A stretch of 39,384 nucleotides of DNA from Oscillospiraceae bacterium (GTDB taxonomy: Bacteria; Bacillota; Clostridia; Saccharofermentanales; UBA5734). The first letter of the stretch is position 1. Every line of letters begins with the position of its first letter. The notes beneath the pieces are model-generated. The model did not search any database. It saw nothing but the letters and a program-made list of their open reading frames with translations, and was not told where the DNA came from. The DNA lies in contig JAAYLM010000001.1 in the NCBI GenBank assembly GCA_012521915.1, forward strand, positions 1 to 39,384. The letters are read 5' to 3'. Position numbers and translations under genes: made by a program. Shown in pieces: positions 16,355-26,289 of this stretch.

Positions 16355-17620
16355 ATGAAACATGTCATCATTCTGGGTGATGGAATGGCCGACCTGCCTG
16401 TTGCTCAGCTGCAGCAGCGGACACCTCTGGCTGTCGCCGATAAACCGAATATGGACCGCATCGCCACTGAAGGACATGCCGGAATGGTCCGTACGGTTCC
16501 GCCGGGCATGGACGCCGGTAGCGATACCGCCAATATGGCCGTTATGGGTTATGACCCGGCCTGTTACTATACCGGTCGATCACCCCTGGAGGCCATCGGT
16601 ATGGCTGTAAAGATGGCTGCCGGCGATGTATCGTTCCGTTGCAACATGGTCACCCTGTCGGACGAAACCGTCGCGCCTGCAGTACAGCGTGAAGAAAGCC
16701 GTTTCGCTGCCCGCTGCATGCTGGATTATTCTGCGGATGAAATCGGCAGCGATGAGGCAGCGCGTCTGATCGATACAGTCAACGGACATTTCGCAGCCGC
16801 CGATCTGCGCTTCTATCCAGGTAAAAGCTACCGCCACTGCCTCATCTGGCAGCAGGGCGAAACAGCGATGACCCTGACGCCGCCGCATGATATCCTCACG
16901 CGGGTCATAGGCCCCTACCTCCCGTCTGGAACCGGAGCAGAACGCATTCTATCCATCATGCTGGCATCTGCCCGTTTTTTGCCGCAGCACCCAGTCAACC
17001 AGGCACGGCTTCAGCGAAACCTGCGCCCGGCCAACGCGCTCTGGATCTGGGGTCAGGGCACACGCCCCCAGCTGCCTGACCTGTCCGGGCTTTATCATCT
17101 GCGCGGCTCTGTGATCTCCGCCGTCGACCTGGTGCGCGGCATCGGCATCTGCGCCGGCCTCAAAGTCGTCGATGTGCCGGGGGCCACCGGCAACATCCAC
17201 ACCAACTTCACGGGAAAAGCCCAGGCGGCCATCGCGGAGCTGGCTCGCGGCCAGAACTATGTCTATTTGCATATTGAGGCACCGGATGAATGTGGCCACC
17301 GGGCGGAAGTGGAGAATAAAGTGCGTGCCATTGAGCTGATTGATGAAAAAATCATCGGGCCTGTCTGGTCATATCTGGAAGCACAGCGTCTGGCGACCGG
17401 TGAAGATTACCGCCTGCTCGTTCTGCCGGACCATCCCACGCCTCTATCCTTGCGTACACACACTGGAGACCCGGTGCCTTTTGCCTGTTACAGCAGCGAC
17501 GGCAGGGATCATTGCCCGGCAGCGGCCTATGATGAGATCAATTGTGCCCGGACCGGCTACCTCCTCGAGACAGGTCATGAACTGTTGCCGCGCATGATCG
17601 AAACAGGCTTTGGCGCCTGA
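16355..17620 (+). CDS. apgM: Cofactor-independent phosphoglycerate mutase, ApgM family (alkaline-phosphatase superfamily)
   Basis: MKHVIILGDGMADLP..., PPGMDAGSDTANMAVMGYDP, DVSFRCNMVT and HIEAPDECGH motifs. Start set at the ATG at 16355. A subgroup of this family has been proposed to act as a non-orthologous homoserine kinase, so the exact activity is uncertain. Confidence 0.8.
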   Translation: MKHVIILGDGMADLPVAQLQQRTPLAVADKPNMDRIATEGHAGMVRTVPPGMDAGSDTANMAVMGYDPACYYTGRSPLEAIGMAVKMAAGDVSFRCNMVTLSDETVAPAVQREESRFAARCMLDYSADEIGSDEAARLIDTVNGHFAAADLRFYPGKSYRHCLIWQQGETAMTLTPPHDILTRVIGPYLPSGTGAERILSIMLASARFLPQHPVNQARLQRNLRPANALWIWGQGTRPQLPDLSGLYHLRGSVISAVDLVRGIGICAGLKVVDVPGATGNIHTNFTGKAQAAIAELARGQNYVYLHIEAPDECGHRAEVENKVRAIELIDEKIIGPVWSYLEAQRLATGEDYRLLVLPDHPTPLSLRTHTGDPVPFACYSSDGRDHCPAAAYDEINCARTGYLLETGHELLPRMIETGFGA

Positions 17621-17625
17621 AATCA

Positions 17626-17652
17626 AAAACGCGGCCTGACGGCCGCGTTTTT
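17626..17652. terminator. Bidirectional rho-independent terminator between convergent apgM and nagB
   Basis: AAAAACGCGGCC-tgac-GGCCGCGTTTTT. The GC-rich stem is flanked by an A-run and a T-run, so it can terminate in both orientations. Confidence 0.7.
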
Positions 17653-17677
17653 GCGTTTTTCGTTTTGCACGACCGGT

Positions 17678-18415
17678 TTATCGGCAGTGGTTCATAGCTG
17701 TTGCCGCGGGGCTGTCCAGCAGGATCGTGACGTTGGCATGAAGCTGCAGGACTGAGGCAGGGCAGCTCGGACTGACAGGCTCGCAGATCATGCTGCGTAC
17801 TGCCCGGGCTTTCTCGGTTCCGGTCACCAGCATAACAATGCTTCTGGCCTGCATGATGGTGCCTACGCCCATGCTTAGAGCCTGGCGCGGCACATCGGCG
17901 CTGCTGGCGAAAAAGCGGGCGTTGGCTTCAATGGTGTCTTCTGTAAGGTCGACAACATGGGTTATGGGCGAGAACGCGTCTGCCGGCTCATTAAAGCCAA
18001 TATGGCCGTTGCGGCCAATCCCCAGCAGCTGCAGGTCGATGCCGCCTTGCTCGCGGATGGCCCGCTCATAGCTCATGCAGGCCTCTGTGGGGTCCGCAGC
18101 CATGCCGTCTGGTATATGAATGGATTCCGGCGCGATGTTGACCTTGTTGAAAAGGTGCTTCATCATAAAGTACTTGAAACTCTGATCATGATCACCGGGC
18201 AGTCCAAGGTACTCATCAAGATTGAACGTGGTTACACGGCTCCAGTCCAGAACGCCTGCATTGGTCAGGCGGACCAGCTCCTGGTAGGCCGGCACCGGCG
18301 TGCCTCCTGTAGCCAGGCCAATTACTGCTGCTGGTTTGGACAGGATCTGTGCTGCGATCATACAGGCTGCTGCCTGTGCTGCCTGCCGGTCGTTTTCAAA
18401 GACACGAATGTTCAT
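17678..18415 (-). CDS. nagB: Glucosamine-6-phosphate deaminase
   Basis: 245 aa with GLATGGTP, FNLDEY and GIGRNGHIGFNEP motifs. GGAGG lies 7 nt upstream of the ATG. Confidence 0.9.
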   Translation of the reverse strand: MNIRVFENDRQAAQAAACMIAAQILSKPAAVIGLATGGTPVPAYQELVRLTNAGVLDWSRVTTFNLDEYLGLPGDHDQSFKYFMMKHLFNKVNIAPESIHIPDGMAADPTEACMSYERAIREQGGIDLQLLGIGRNGHIGFNEPADAFSPITHVVDLTEDTIEANARFFASSADVPRQALSMGVGTIMQARSIVMLVTGTEKARAVRSMICEPVSPSCPASVLQLHANVTILLDSPAATAMNHCR

Positions 18416-18461
18416 GGGATGCCTCCTCTTTGCTTATGCAAAATTATTTTGTCCACCAGAT

Positions 18462-18490
18462 ATTGTAGCACGATCCTGGTGTTTTGTCAG
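18462..18490 (-). promoter_or_regulatory. Candidate nagB promoter (CTGACA-17-TACAAT)
   Basis: The minus sense reads cTGACAaaacaccaggatcgtgcTACAATatc, immediately after the mutS2 stop. Confidence 0.45.
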
Positions 18491-18491
18491 G

Positions 18492-20915
18492 TCATTTGAG
18501 TTCAGCGATCGTCACACCGCTGTCACCTTCGCCATACGCGCCAAGCCGGTAGCTGCCGACCCGCGGGTCGCGCCTCAGCACCTGCTGAACGACGCTGCGC
18601 AAAGCACCTGTCCCCTTGCCATGAACAATTCGGACGTTGTGGATACCAGCCAATACAGCGTCATCAAGGAACTTGTCAAGACTGGCTGTTGCTTCTTCAA
18701 CGGTCTGTCCCAGCAGCAGTATTTCCGATTGCATGGACAGGTGCCGCTCCATGCTGATGCTGCCAGAGCTGAGTCCGCTGCCTCGCCTGCTGCCACGCCT
18801 GCTTCTAGCGGCGCTTTGGGTGTTTTCGGCTTCGCCAATGGTATGGCGCAGGGCATCCTGCGGCACAGAGACTTTCATTGCTCCGTTTTGCAGGAGATAA
18901 TAACCACGGCTGTCCGGCCCGTCGACCAGCTTGCCGGTCAACCCCAGCGCAGGTGCTGCATAGGTCTGACCCATTTTCAGATCTGCAGGAATCAGTTTAT
19001 GTCCGCCGGCCGCCAGAGCTGTCCGGCCAATGTCACGGTCAACCTCTTTGAGACCCGCACGGATTTCCCGGCGCACCTGCGTCGCCAGGCGATGGCTTTC
19101 CGCCAGGTCGGCTTCTTTTACTTTTCCCCGTATATCGTCAAGCAGCCGTTCAACGTCCTGAAGGGCTTCGGCATAAACATCGCGGGCTTCCTGGCGGGCT
19201 GCCTGGATCATGGCTTTTTTCTGATCATCGAGTATTGCTTTCTGGTCACGCAGCTGAGTTGCAAGTTTTTCCGCTTCTGTGCGCAACGCCAGGGCTTCCT
19301 GCCTGGCCTGTTCAGCGTCTGAGCGGTTTTTCTCCATGGAGCGAACAAGATCCTCAAAGCGCAGCCCTTCCTCAGAAAGCAGAGCCCTGGCCTGGCTGAT
19401 GATATCCTCGTCAAGGCCAAGGCGGCTGGAAATGGCAAAAGCGTTGCTTACGCCCGGAACGCCGATCAACAGGCGATAGGTCGGCTGCAGGGTATCCGTA
19501 TCAAATTCACAACAGGCGTTTTCCACATCAGCTGTTTGCAGCGCGTAGCCCTTAAGTTCTTTGTAGTGGGTGGTGGCCACAGTAAGGCAGCCGCGACGGC
19601 GCAGATGGTCCAGGATGGCGATGGCCAGAGCGGCCCCTTCCGACGGGTCTGTCCCTGAGCCAAGTTCATCGGTCAGCACCAGGGTGCCCGGCCCGGCCTG
19701 TTGGCTGATTTGCACCAGATGATGCATGTGCGACGAAAAAGTGCTCAGATCCTGCTCGATACTTTGTTCATCACCAATATCAGCCAGCACCTGCTGGAAA
19801 AAAGAAACTTCAGAACCATCGCGGGCTGGTATCTGCAGGCCAGCCATAGCCATCAGGCACAGCAGCCCGCATGTTTTGAGCGCCACTGTTTTGCCGCCGG
19901 TGTTGGGTCCGGTGATCACCAGTGTCCTGAAGCGAATACCCAGTTCAAAATAAATCGGCACAACACGGTCGCGCGGGATCAGGGGATGGCGGGCGTCCAG
20001 CAGGCGTATGCGGCCTTCATGGTTGAGTCTGGGCCGCATGGCTTTCATCTCAACAGCCAGACGGCCGCGAGCCATGATGCTGTCGACACGTGCCGACAGT
20101 TCAAGATCCACCAGCAACAAGTCCGCCAGAGCTGCCACCTGTCCGGACAACGCCAGCAGGATCCGGTCGATTTCTTCACGTTCCAGTCCCATCAGCTCTC
20201 GAATTTTATTGTTCAGCGCTACAACCGGCAGCGGCTCGACAAACAGGGTGGCACCACTGGAAGAGGTATCATGCACCAGTCCGGGGATCTCTCCTCGGTT
20301 TGTCGCCTTGACCGGCACGACATAACGGTCGCCGCGCAGGGTCACCAGCTGCTCCTGCAAGGCACGGGCATGGCTGCGCACGATACGATCGAGACTTTCT
20401 TTAACTTCGTTCTGTGCCATGCGGATGCGGCGGCGCAGGCTCATCAGTTGAGGGCTGGCCTGATCGTGCAATGCATCTTCACCTGCGATGGCTTCGTCAA
20501 TCCGCGAGGCAAGGCCTGTCGCCGGTTCCATCTGGCTGATCAGCTGTTCCAGCACCCGTAGCGGCGGCGCGTCCTGGGGCAGGTGCTGCCGCAGCCGGTC
20601 AACGGCCCGCAGCAGGGCGCTGATGTGCAAAAGCTCAGGGCAGGTCAGCCGCGCGTCGCTTACTGCCCGGGTTACAGCCGGGCGGATATCGCTGATACCG
20701 CCAAGGGGAAGCAACCCTTTCTCAAGGATCACCTTAACGGCGTCGTCGGTTTCTTCCTGGCGCCGCTCGACTGCAGCCAGGTCATCTGCCGGTGCTAGCG
20801 CAGCACAAAGGCGGCGTCCGGGTTCACTTTGAGCCAGAGCAGCCAGCTGATGGATGATCTTATCGAATTCCAGTGTCTTCAGGGATCGTTGTTCCATGAT
20901 CTTGTTAAAACTCAT
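18492..20915 (-). CDS. mutS2: Endonuclease MutS2 (MutS-family ATPase with C-terminal Smr domain)
   Basis: 807 aa with Walker A GPNTGGKT, DELGSGTDP, a long coiled-coil region and a C-terminal Smr domain (VRIVHGKGTGALR). Confidence 0.92.
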   Translation of the reverse strand: MSFNKIMEQRSLKTLEFDKIIHQLAALAQSEPGRRLCAALAPADDLAAVERRQEETDDAVKVILEKGLLPLGGISDIRPAVTRAVSDARLTCPELLHISALLRAVDRLRQHLPQDAPPLRVLEQLISQMEPATGLASRIDEAIAGEDALHDQASPQLMSLRRRIRMAQNEVKESLDRIVRSHARALQEQLVTLRGDRYVVPVKATNRGEIPGLVHDTSSSGATLFVEPLPVVALNNKIRELMGLEREEIDRILLALSGQVAALADLLLVDLELSARVDSIMARGRLAVEMKAMRPRLNHEGRIRLLDARHPLIPRDRVVPIYFELGIRFRTLVITGPNTGGKTVALKTCGLLCLMAMAGLQIPARDGSEVSFFQQVLADIGDEQSIEQDLSTFSSHMHHLVQISQQAGPGTLVLTDELGSGTDPSEGAALAIAILDHLRRRGCLTVATTHYKELKGYALQTADVENACCEFDTDTLQPTYRLLIGVPGVSNAFAISSRLGLDEDIISQARALLSEEGLRFEDLVRSMEKNRSDAEQARQEALALRTEAEKLATQLRDQKAILDDQKKAMIQAARQEARDVYAEALQDVERLLDDIRGKVKEADLAESHRLATQVRREIRAGLKEVDRDIGRTALAAGGHKLIPADLKMGQTYAAPALGLTGKLVDGPDSRGYYLLQNGAMKVSVPQDALRHTIGEAENTQSAARSRRGSRRGSGLSSGSISMERHLSMQSEILLLGQTVEEATASLDKFLDDAVLAGIHNVRIVHGKGTGALRSVVQQVLRRDPRVGSYRLGAYGEGDSGVTIAELK

Positions 20916-21483
20916 TTCCTCCCGTCAGGTCTCTTTGTTGATTTTTCTTGCGTAGACGGAGAAAATTGGCTCCATAACAGACATAAGCAAAAAGCGAAAC
21001 AAAAACCGGCGGGATAAAGATAAAATGGGAGAGCCAAATATGCTCTCTGGGCAATATAAACAGGGATGCAAAAGCCAGGACAAAAAGGACGGTGGCCAGT
21101 TTGCCGTACCAGCGGGCATGGACAACCACGTCGAAGCGTTTGAGCAAAACCAGGCTGCCGACAATCATGAAAAGCTCTTTGCCGGCCATGACCAGCGGCA
21201 CCCAGACAGGCAGCTTGCCGATGGCACACATCATAACCGCAGTGGTCAGTTGAAAAAGCTTATCAACCAGCGGGTCGAAAAGTTTGCCGAATTCCGTGAT
21301 CTGATTGAAACGGCGGGCAATGTAGCCGTCCAGCATATCTGTCAGCCAGATCCCCAAAAAAAGCAGGAAAGCAAGCAGCTGATAGGACTCACCGGCATAA
21401 ATCAAATAAGCCAGGACGGGGATCGCCAGCAGGCGAATCAAGGTCAGCAGATTGGGGACGGTCATCATGATGCGCGGTTTCAT
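20905..21483 (-). CDS. pgsA: CDP-diacylglycerol--glycerol-3-phosphate 3-phosphatidyltransferase
   Basis: The CDP-alcohol phosphotransferase motif DGYIARRFNQITEFGKLFDPLVDK is present, with multiple TM helices. Start set at MKPRIMMTVPNLLTLIR (ATG 21483, GGAGG 11 nt upstream). The longer ORF-track start would overlap pfkA. Confidence 0.85.
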   Translation of the reverse strand: MKPRIMMTVPNLLTLIRLLAIPVLAYLIYAGESYQLLAFLLFLGIWLTDMLDGYIARRFNQITEFGKLFDPLVDKLFQLTTAVMMCAIGKLPVWVPLVMAGKELFMIVGSLVLLKRFDVVVHARWYGKLATVLFVLAFASLFILPREHIWLSHFIFIPPVFVSLFAYVCYGANFLRLRKKNQQRDLTGGNEF

Positions 21484-21535
21484 TCTGCTGTCTGCCTCCT
21501 TCCCGACTTGCTCCATCACTGCTGATGGCTCCTGA

Positions 21536-22531
21536 TCAGAAGCCCCGCCGCGCAGAAAGGATATGTGCCCTCTCCAGCTGCAGCGGATCAATGGTTTTTT
21601 TCATGTCCAGTGCTTCTTCAATATCGATGTCGATGATGTTGCCTGACTTGTAGGCGACCACACGGTTGACCCGGCCGTCGCGCACACACTCGATGGCGTG
21701 CAGGCCCATCATGCTGGCCATTGTCCGGTCGCGGTTGGTCGGGCTGCCGCCCCGTTGCAGATGGCCCAGGATGGTGGCACGTGATTCAATTCCAGTGGTT
21801 TCCTGTATCTTCGCCGCAATGTCGCTGGCGGAGCCTGCGCCTTCAGCCACCACCACAATGTAGTGGTGTTTGCCGCTGTTGCGGCCTTGCAGCAGAACCT
21901 TGACCACATCACCCTGAAAATCCGTAGTGACTTCAGGCACCATGATGACTTCCGCACCCGTGGCGATGCCGACATTGAGTGCCAGGTAGCCGGCTTTTCG
22001 GCCCATGACCTCGATCACACTGCAGCGCTCGTGCGACATGGCGGTGTCCCGCAGTTTATCGATAGCCTCCATCGCTGTGTTCATGGCGGTGTCATATCCA
22101 ATGGTGTAGTCTGAGCAGGCAATGTCATTATCTATGGTACCGGGAATACCGATCACAGGAAATCCCTGACGGCTGAGGTCACGCGCGCCACGGAATGTGC
22201 CGTCGCCCCCGATCACCATCACCAGGTCAAGGTTGAAGACACGCGCCATTTCAATGGCTTTCTGTACACCTTCAGGAGTGTTGAAGGTCTGGCTCCGGGC
22301 GGTCATGAGAAAGGTGCCGCCTCGCTGGAGGCGCTCTGAGACAGATTGGCCGTTCAGTTCATCAATATCACCGCGCCATAGGCCGTGGTAGCCACGACGG
22401 ATGCCAAAAATGGAAAAACCGTAGTGAAGGCCGCCACGGACAACAGCCCGCACAGCCGCGTTCATTCCCGGGGCATCACCACCGCTGGTTAAGACGCCGA
22501 TATTCTTGATGGGCTTGCTGGGTTGGCTCAT
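21536..22531 (-). CDS. pfkA: ATP-dependent 6-phosphofructokinase
   Basis: 331 aa with IGVLTSGGDAPGMNAA, IGGDGT, PGTIDND, MGR and GHLQRGG motifs. Confidence 0.92.
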   Translation of the reverse strand: MSQPSKPIKNIGVLTSGGDAPGMNAAVRAVVRGGLHYGFSIFGIRRGYHGLWRGDIDELNGQSVSERLQRGGTFLMTARSQTFNTPEGVQKAIEMARVFNLDLVMVIGGDGTFRGARDLSRQGFPVIGIPGTIDNDIACSDYTIGYDTAMNTAMEAIDKLRDTAMSHERCSVIEVMGRKAGYLALNVGIATGAEVIMVPEVTTDFQGDVVKVLLQGRNSGKHHYIVVVAEGAGSASDIAAKIQETTGIESRATILGHLQRGGSPTNRDRTMASMMGLHAIECVRDGRVNRVVAYKSGNIIDIDIEEALDMKKTIDPLQLERAHILSARRGF

Positions 22532-22602
22532 GATCGCTGCCGCGGCATCAGGCTGTACATGCCGCTTATCCTTTCTCAGTTCCTGTTCACGCCATAGTAT
22601 TT

Positions 22603-22632
22603 CTGCTGGCTATTATAACGTTATTCATGCCT
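22603..22632 (-). promoter_or_regulatory. Candidate pfkA promoter (TTGCCC-18-TATAAT) overlapping the end of dnaE
   Basis: The minus sense reads TTGCCCgacaggcatgaataacgtTATAATag, about 70 nt upstream of the pfkA ATG. Confidence 0.45.
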
Positions 22633-25600
22633 GTCGGGCAAGTGTGGGCTGCTCGATAAAAAAGCGATGTTGGCCACGCCATAACGCTCAGCCAGCCTGC
22701 GCAGCAAGCGGTCATCCGCCTGCACCGCGCAGACAGGATCAAGATCGATCAACCGCCCTTCCTGTTCCAGATAAATCTGCACCGGCATGGGGCCGTTAAA
22801 ATACTGCAACATGGCCAGCAGGCGCTTGTAGCCTTCGTCATGTTCCAAGCCTGTGTAACGGATGCAAAGGCGCAGGCAGGCTGCCGGCGCTACCGGGCCA
22901 TGCTCACGTGGAGGGCTGCTATGGTGCCGGGCCGGCACAGTCTCAGTTTTTTCAGACTGCCTGAGTCCGCCGGCCTCGCGCCGGCTGGCTCCGCCGCGCT
23001 GGGAAAAGCCCCGCGGCAGTCGTCTCATCTGTGGCTCCAGAGCTGCTATGGTCTCCGCGATAAGCTTGGGCGCGTCATCCTCCCTGATGCTCAGGCGGCC
23101 GCCAATAAGCAGAACCTGTCCTTCCTGCAGCAAACTTTGTGTTTCACTGAGAACGCGCGGGAAAATGATAACCTCAAACAAACCGTACAGATCCTCCATG
23201 GTCAAAAAACACATCAGGTCATTGTTGCGGGTTGCTTTGTTCTTGCGGGCCGTGAGCATACCGGCCATGACAACCCGGTCTCCGTCCGATGCCGCGGCCA
23301 GAGCCAGGGCGTCATCCGCGTGCTCTTCAGGCCGGGTCAGTTCCGCGCTGTTCAGGCTGGTCAGCAGACTGATGGCCTCCTCATACTCGTCCAGGGGATG
23401 GCCGCTGATGTAAAGGCCAAGCATCTCTTTTTCCATAGCCAGCATTTCTCTGTGGCTGAATTCCGGCAGATCAGGATAATCCGGTTCTGCGTCGACAGCC
23501 TGATCCAGCGCGCCCATATCAAAAAGAGAAACCTGCCCAGCCATGTTCTGCCGCCGGCTGCTGGCCAAACGGCTGGAAAACGGCTCAATAACAGCGATCA
23601 GGCGCGAACGGGGAATGGCTAAACAGTCAAGCGCCGAAGCCCGGATCAGGCTTTCCATCATCTTGCGGTTCAGCGTGCTTTCATCCAGCCGTCGCATCAG
23701 ATCCCCATAGCTGCTGAACAGACCGTTGGCCTCTCGTTCCGCGATCAGGGTACGGATAGCTGATTCCCCAACATTCTTCACAGCTGCCAGGGCAAAGCGG
23801 ATACCGCCCTCTTCTGTCGTGAAGCGGGCCTGGCTTTTGTTGATGTCCGGGGGCAGGACAGGTATGTTCATACCGCGGCAGACACGTACATAAGAGGCCG
23901 CCTGGCTGAGACTGCCCAGATAGCTGTTCAATATAGCCGCCATGAACTCAACCGGGTAATGCGCCTTCAGCCAGCCGGTCTGGTAAGCAACCACCGCATA
24001 GGCAGCGGCATGGCTTTTGTTGAAGGCATAACCGGCAAACGCCATGACTTCATCGAAGATCCTTTCAGCGGTTTCAAGGCTGACGCCCCGTGCCAGCGCT
24101 CCTTGCACCACATTCCCTTTTTCATCTTTTCCGCCATGGATAAACAAATTCTTATACTTGGCCAGCTCCGCCGGTTTTTTCTTGGACATGGCCCGGCGGA
24201 CATTGTCTGACTGTCCCATGGAAAAGCCGGCCAGATCGCGCACGATCTGCATGACCTGTTCCTGATAGACAATACAGCCATAGGTTACGTTTAGGATCGG
24301 CTCCAGCAGAGGATGGTCATAGCGTATTTTTTCCGGATCACGCTTGGCGGCTACATAGCGCGGGATTTGCTCCATCGGACCCGGACGGTAAAGGGAGATG
24401 CCGGCGATGATGTCTTCCAGAGACTCCGGGCGCAGCTCTTTCATAAAGCTCGTCATGCCCGGGCTTTCCAGTTGAAAAACGCCTTCTGTATGGCCATCAC
24501 TGATCATGCTGAAGACAGCCGGATCGTCCATGGGCATGCGCTCATAGTCCAGGGTGGTCCCATGGTTCTGCAGCACCATGGCCGCTGTATCCCTTAAGAC
24601 GGTCAAGGTGCGCAGCCCCAGAAAATCAAATTTCAGAAGGCCGATCAGCTCAACATTGTTCTTGGCAAACTGCACAACGATGGCGTCATCATTGCGCGAC
24701 AGCGGCGCCAGGTCGGTGAGCGGGCGGTTGGCGATGATCACGCCGGCCGCGTGTGTTGAGGCATGCCGCGGCATGCCCTCAAAACGCAAAGCCAGGTTGA
24801 TGACATCCCGCGTTGTTTCATTCTGCTCATATTCGGAGCGTAGCTCCAGATTGCTTTCCAGCGCTTTTTCCAAAGTGATGCCAAGTGTGTTGGGAATCAT
24901 CTTGGCCAGCCGGTCTGTTTCTGCATATGGAACATCCAGCGCCCTGGCCACATCGCGAATGCAGGCACGGGCAGCAAGCGTCCCAAAAGTGATCACCTGG
25001 GCGACATGGTCCTGGCCATATTTCGCCGTCACATAATCAATGACTTCCTGTCGCCTCTCATAGCAGAAATCAATATCAAAATCAGGCATGCTGACGCGGT
25101 CGGCGTTGAGAAACCGTTCAAAAATCAGAGCATACTGCAGTGGGTCGATGTTTGTGATGCCCAGACACCAGGCAGCCAGGGAACCAGCGCCAGAACCGCG
25201 TCCCGGACCGACCATGATACCGCGGTTGCGGGCAAAGCGGATGAAATCCCAGACGATGAGATAATAATCGGTATACCCCATCGCGTTGATCACGCCGAGC
25301 TCATAGTCAAGCCGCCGCTCATATTCACTGCGGGGCAGTGGCCTTTCCAGCGTCAGGCGTTGTTCAAGACCTTCCAGGCAGATCCGCTGCAGAAAGGCCG
25401 TGTTTCTTTCGCCCGGGGGAACGGCAAAAGCCGGCAGATGGATCTGGTCAAAACTGAACGAGACCTGACAGCGTTCTGCGATGCGGATGGTATTGGCGAC
25501 CGCTTCGGGAACCGCAGCAAAGGCTGCCGCCATTTCCTGGGGCGATTTGACATAAAAGGCGTCGCCTTCCATGCGCATGCGGTCTTCATCGCTCATGCGC

Positions 25601-26289
25601 TTGCCGGTCTGCATGCAAAGCAGGACTTCATGGGCGCGGGCATCTTCCTGCCTGAGGTAATGGCAGTCATTGGTCGCCACCAGGGGAATGCCTGTTTCAC
25701 GGCTGATCCTGATCAGCGCGCTGTTGACCAGTGATTGTTCCGGCAGGCCGTTGTCCTGAAGCTCAAGGTAAAACTGGCCACGACCCAAAAGGGCGTCAAG
25801 ACGCAGGGCGATCGCCCGGGCTTCGTCCGGATTCTGCTGGAGGATGGCTGTGGGCACTTCGCCGCTCAGGCAGGCAGACAAGGCGATCAAGCCTTCCTTG
25901 TGCTCTGCCAGCAGGTCATAATCGATGCGGGAACGGTAATAGAAACCTTCTGTGAAACCGGCTGAAACCAGCTTCATCAGGTTGCGGTAACCCTGCTGCG
26001 TTTCCGCCAGCAGGACCAGATGGGCTGGTTCTTTATCGATGCCTGTTTCTTTGTCCAGCCGGCTGCGCGGCGCGACATAGACTTCACAGCCAATAATCGG
26101 TTTGATCCCTTTAGCGACCAGGGCATTGTAGAAGTCGATGACACCGTAGAGCACACCATGATCCGTGATGGCACAGGCCTGCATGCCCAGTTTCAGCAGC
26201 CGGTCCGGGAGGTCACGCAGGCGGATTGCCCCATCCAGCAGACTATATTCTGTATGGAGGTGCAGATGTGTAAAGGTCTGTACGGTCAT
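22621..26289 (-). CDS. dnaE: DNA polymerase III alpha subunit (DnaE type)
   Basis: 1222 aa with an N-terminal PHP domain (HLHLHTEYSLLDG), the polymerase core (PDFDIDF), HhH and OB-fold regions. Its ATG overlaps the upstream mutase stop as ATGA. Confidence 0.95.
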   Translation of the reverse strand: MTVQTFTHLHLHTEYSLLDGAIRLRDLPDRLLKLGMQACAITDHGVLYGVIDFYNALVAKGIKPIIGCEVYVAPRSRLDKETGIDKEPAHLVLLAETQQGYRNLMKLVSAGFTEGFYYRSRIDYDLLAEHKEGLIALSACLSGEVPTAILQQNPDEARAIALRLDALLGRGQFYLELQDNGLPEQSLVNSALIRISRETGIPLVATNDCHYLRQEDARAHEVLLCMQTGKRMSDEDRMRMEGDAFYVKSPQEMAAAFAAVPEAVANTIRIAERCQVSFSFDQIHLPAFAVPPGERNTAFLQRICLEGLEQRLTLERPLPRSEYERRLDYELGVINAMGYTDYYLIVWDFIRFARNRGIMVGPGRGSGAGSLAAWCLGITNIDPLQYALIFERFLNADRVSMPDFDIDFCYERRQEVIDYVTAKYGQDHVAQVITFGTLAARACIRDVARALDVPYAETDRLAKMIPNTLGITLEKALESNLELRSEYEQNETTRDVINLALRFEGMPRHASTHAAGVIIANRPLTDLAPLSRNDDAIVVQFAKNNVELIGLLKFDFLGLRTLTVLRDTAAMVLQNHGTTLDYERMPMDDPAVFSMISDGHTEGVFQLESPGMTSFMKELRPESLEDIIAGISLYRPGPMEQIPRYVAAKRDPEKIRYDHPLLEPILNVTYGCIVYQEQVMQIVRDLAGFSMGQSDNVRRAMSKKKPAELAKYKNLFIHGGKDEKGNVVQGALARGVSLETAERIFDEVMAFAGYAFNKSHAAAYAVVAYQTGWLKAHYPVEFMAAILNSYLGSLSQAASYVRVCRGMNIPVLPPDINKSQARFTTEEGGIRFALAAVKNVGESAIRTLIAEREANGLFSSYGDLMRRLDESTLNRKMMESLIRASALDCLAIPRSRLIAVIEPFSSRLASSRRQNMAGQVSLFDMGALDQAVDAEPDYPDLPEFSHREMLAMEKEMLGLYISGHPLDEYEEAISLLTSLNSAELTRPEEHADDALALAAASDGDRVVMAGMLTARKNKATRNNDLMCFLTMEDLYGLFEVIIFPRVLSETQSLLQEGQVLLIGGRLSIREDDAPKLIAETIAALEPQMRRLPRGFSQRGGASRREAGGLRQSEKTETVPARHHSSPPREHGPVAPAACLRLCIRYTGLEHDEGYKRLLAMLQYFNGPMPVQIYLEQEGRLIDLDPVCAVQADDRLLRRLAERYGVANIAFLSSSPHLPDRHE

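Noticed and set aside
18300-19322. 340-aa plus-strand ORF spanning the nagB start, the intergenic region and the mutS2 3' end. Similar long antisense ORFs occur at 9617..10519, 19701..20561, 22840..23622, 25006..25734 and 33315..34115.
   Set aside because: All are shadows of strongly supported minus-strand genes in a GC-rich genome with few stop codons on the opposite strand. They have low-complexity Arg/Ala/Gln-rich translations and no start-site signals.
22621-23050. C-terminal extension of about 140 aa of DnaE after the OB fold (total length 1222 aa)
   Set aside because: Firmicutes DnaE proteins commonly carry a variable C-terminal tail of this kind. There is no separate domain signature, frameshift or fusion junction.
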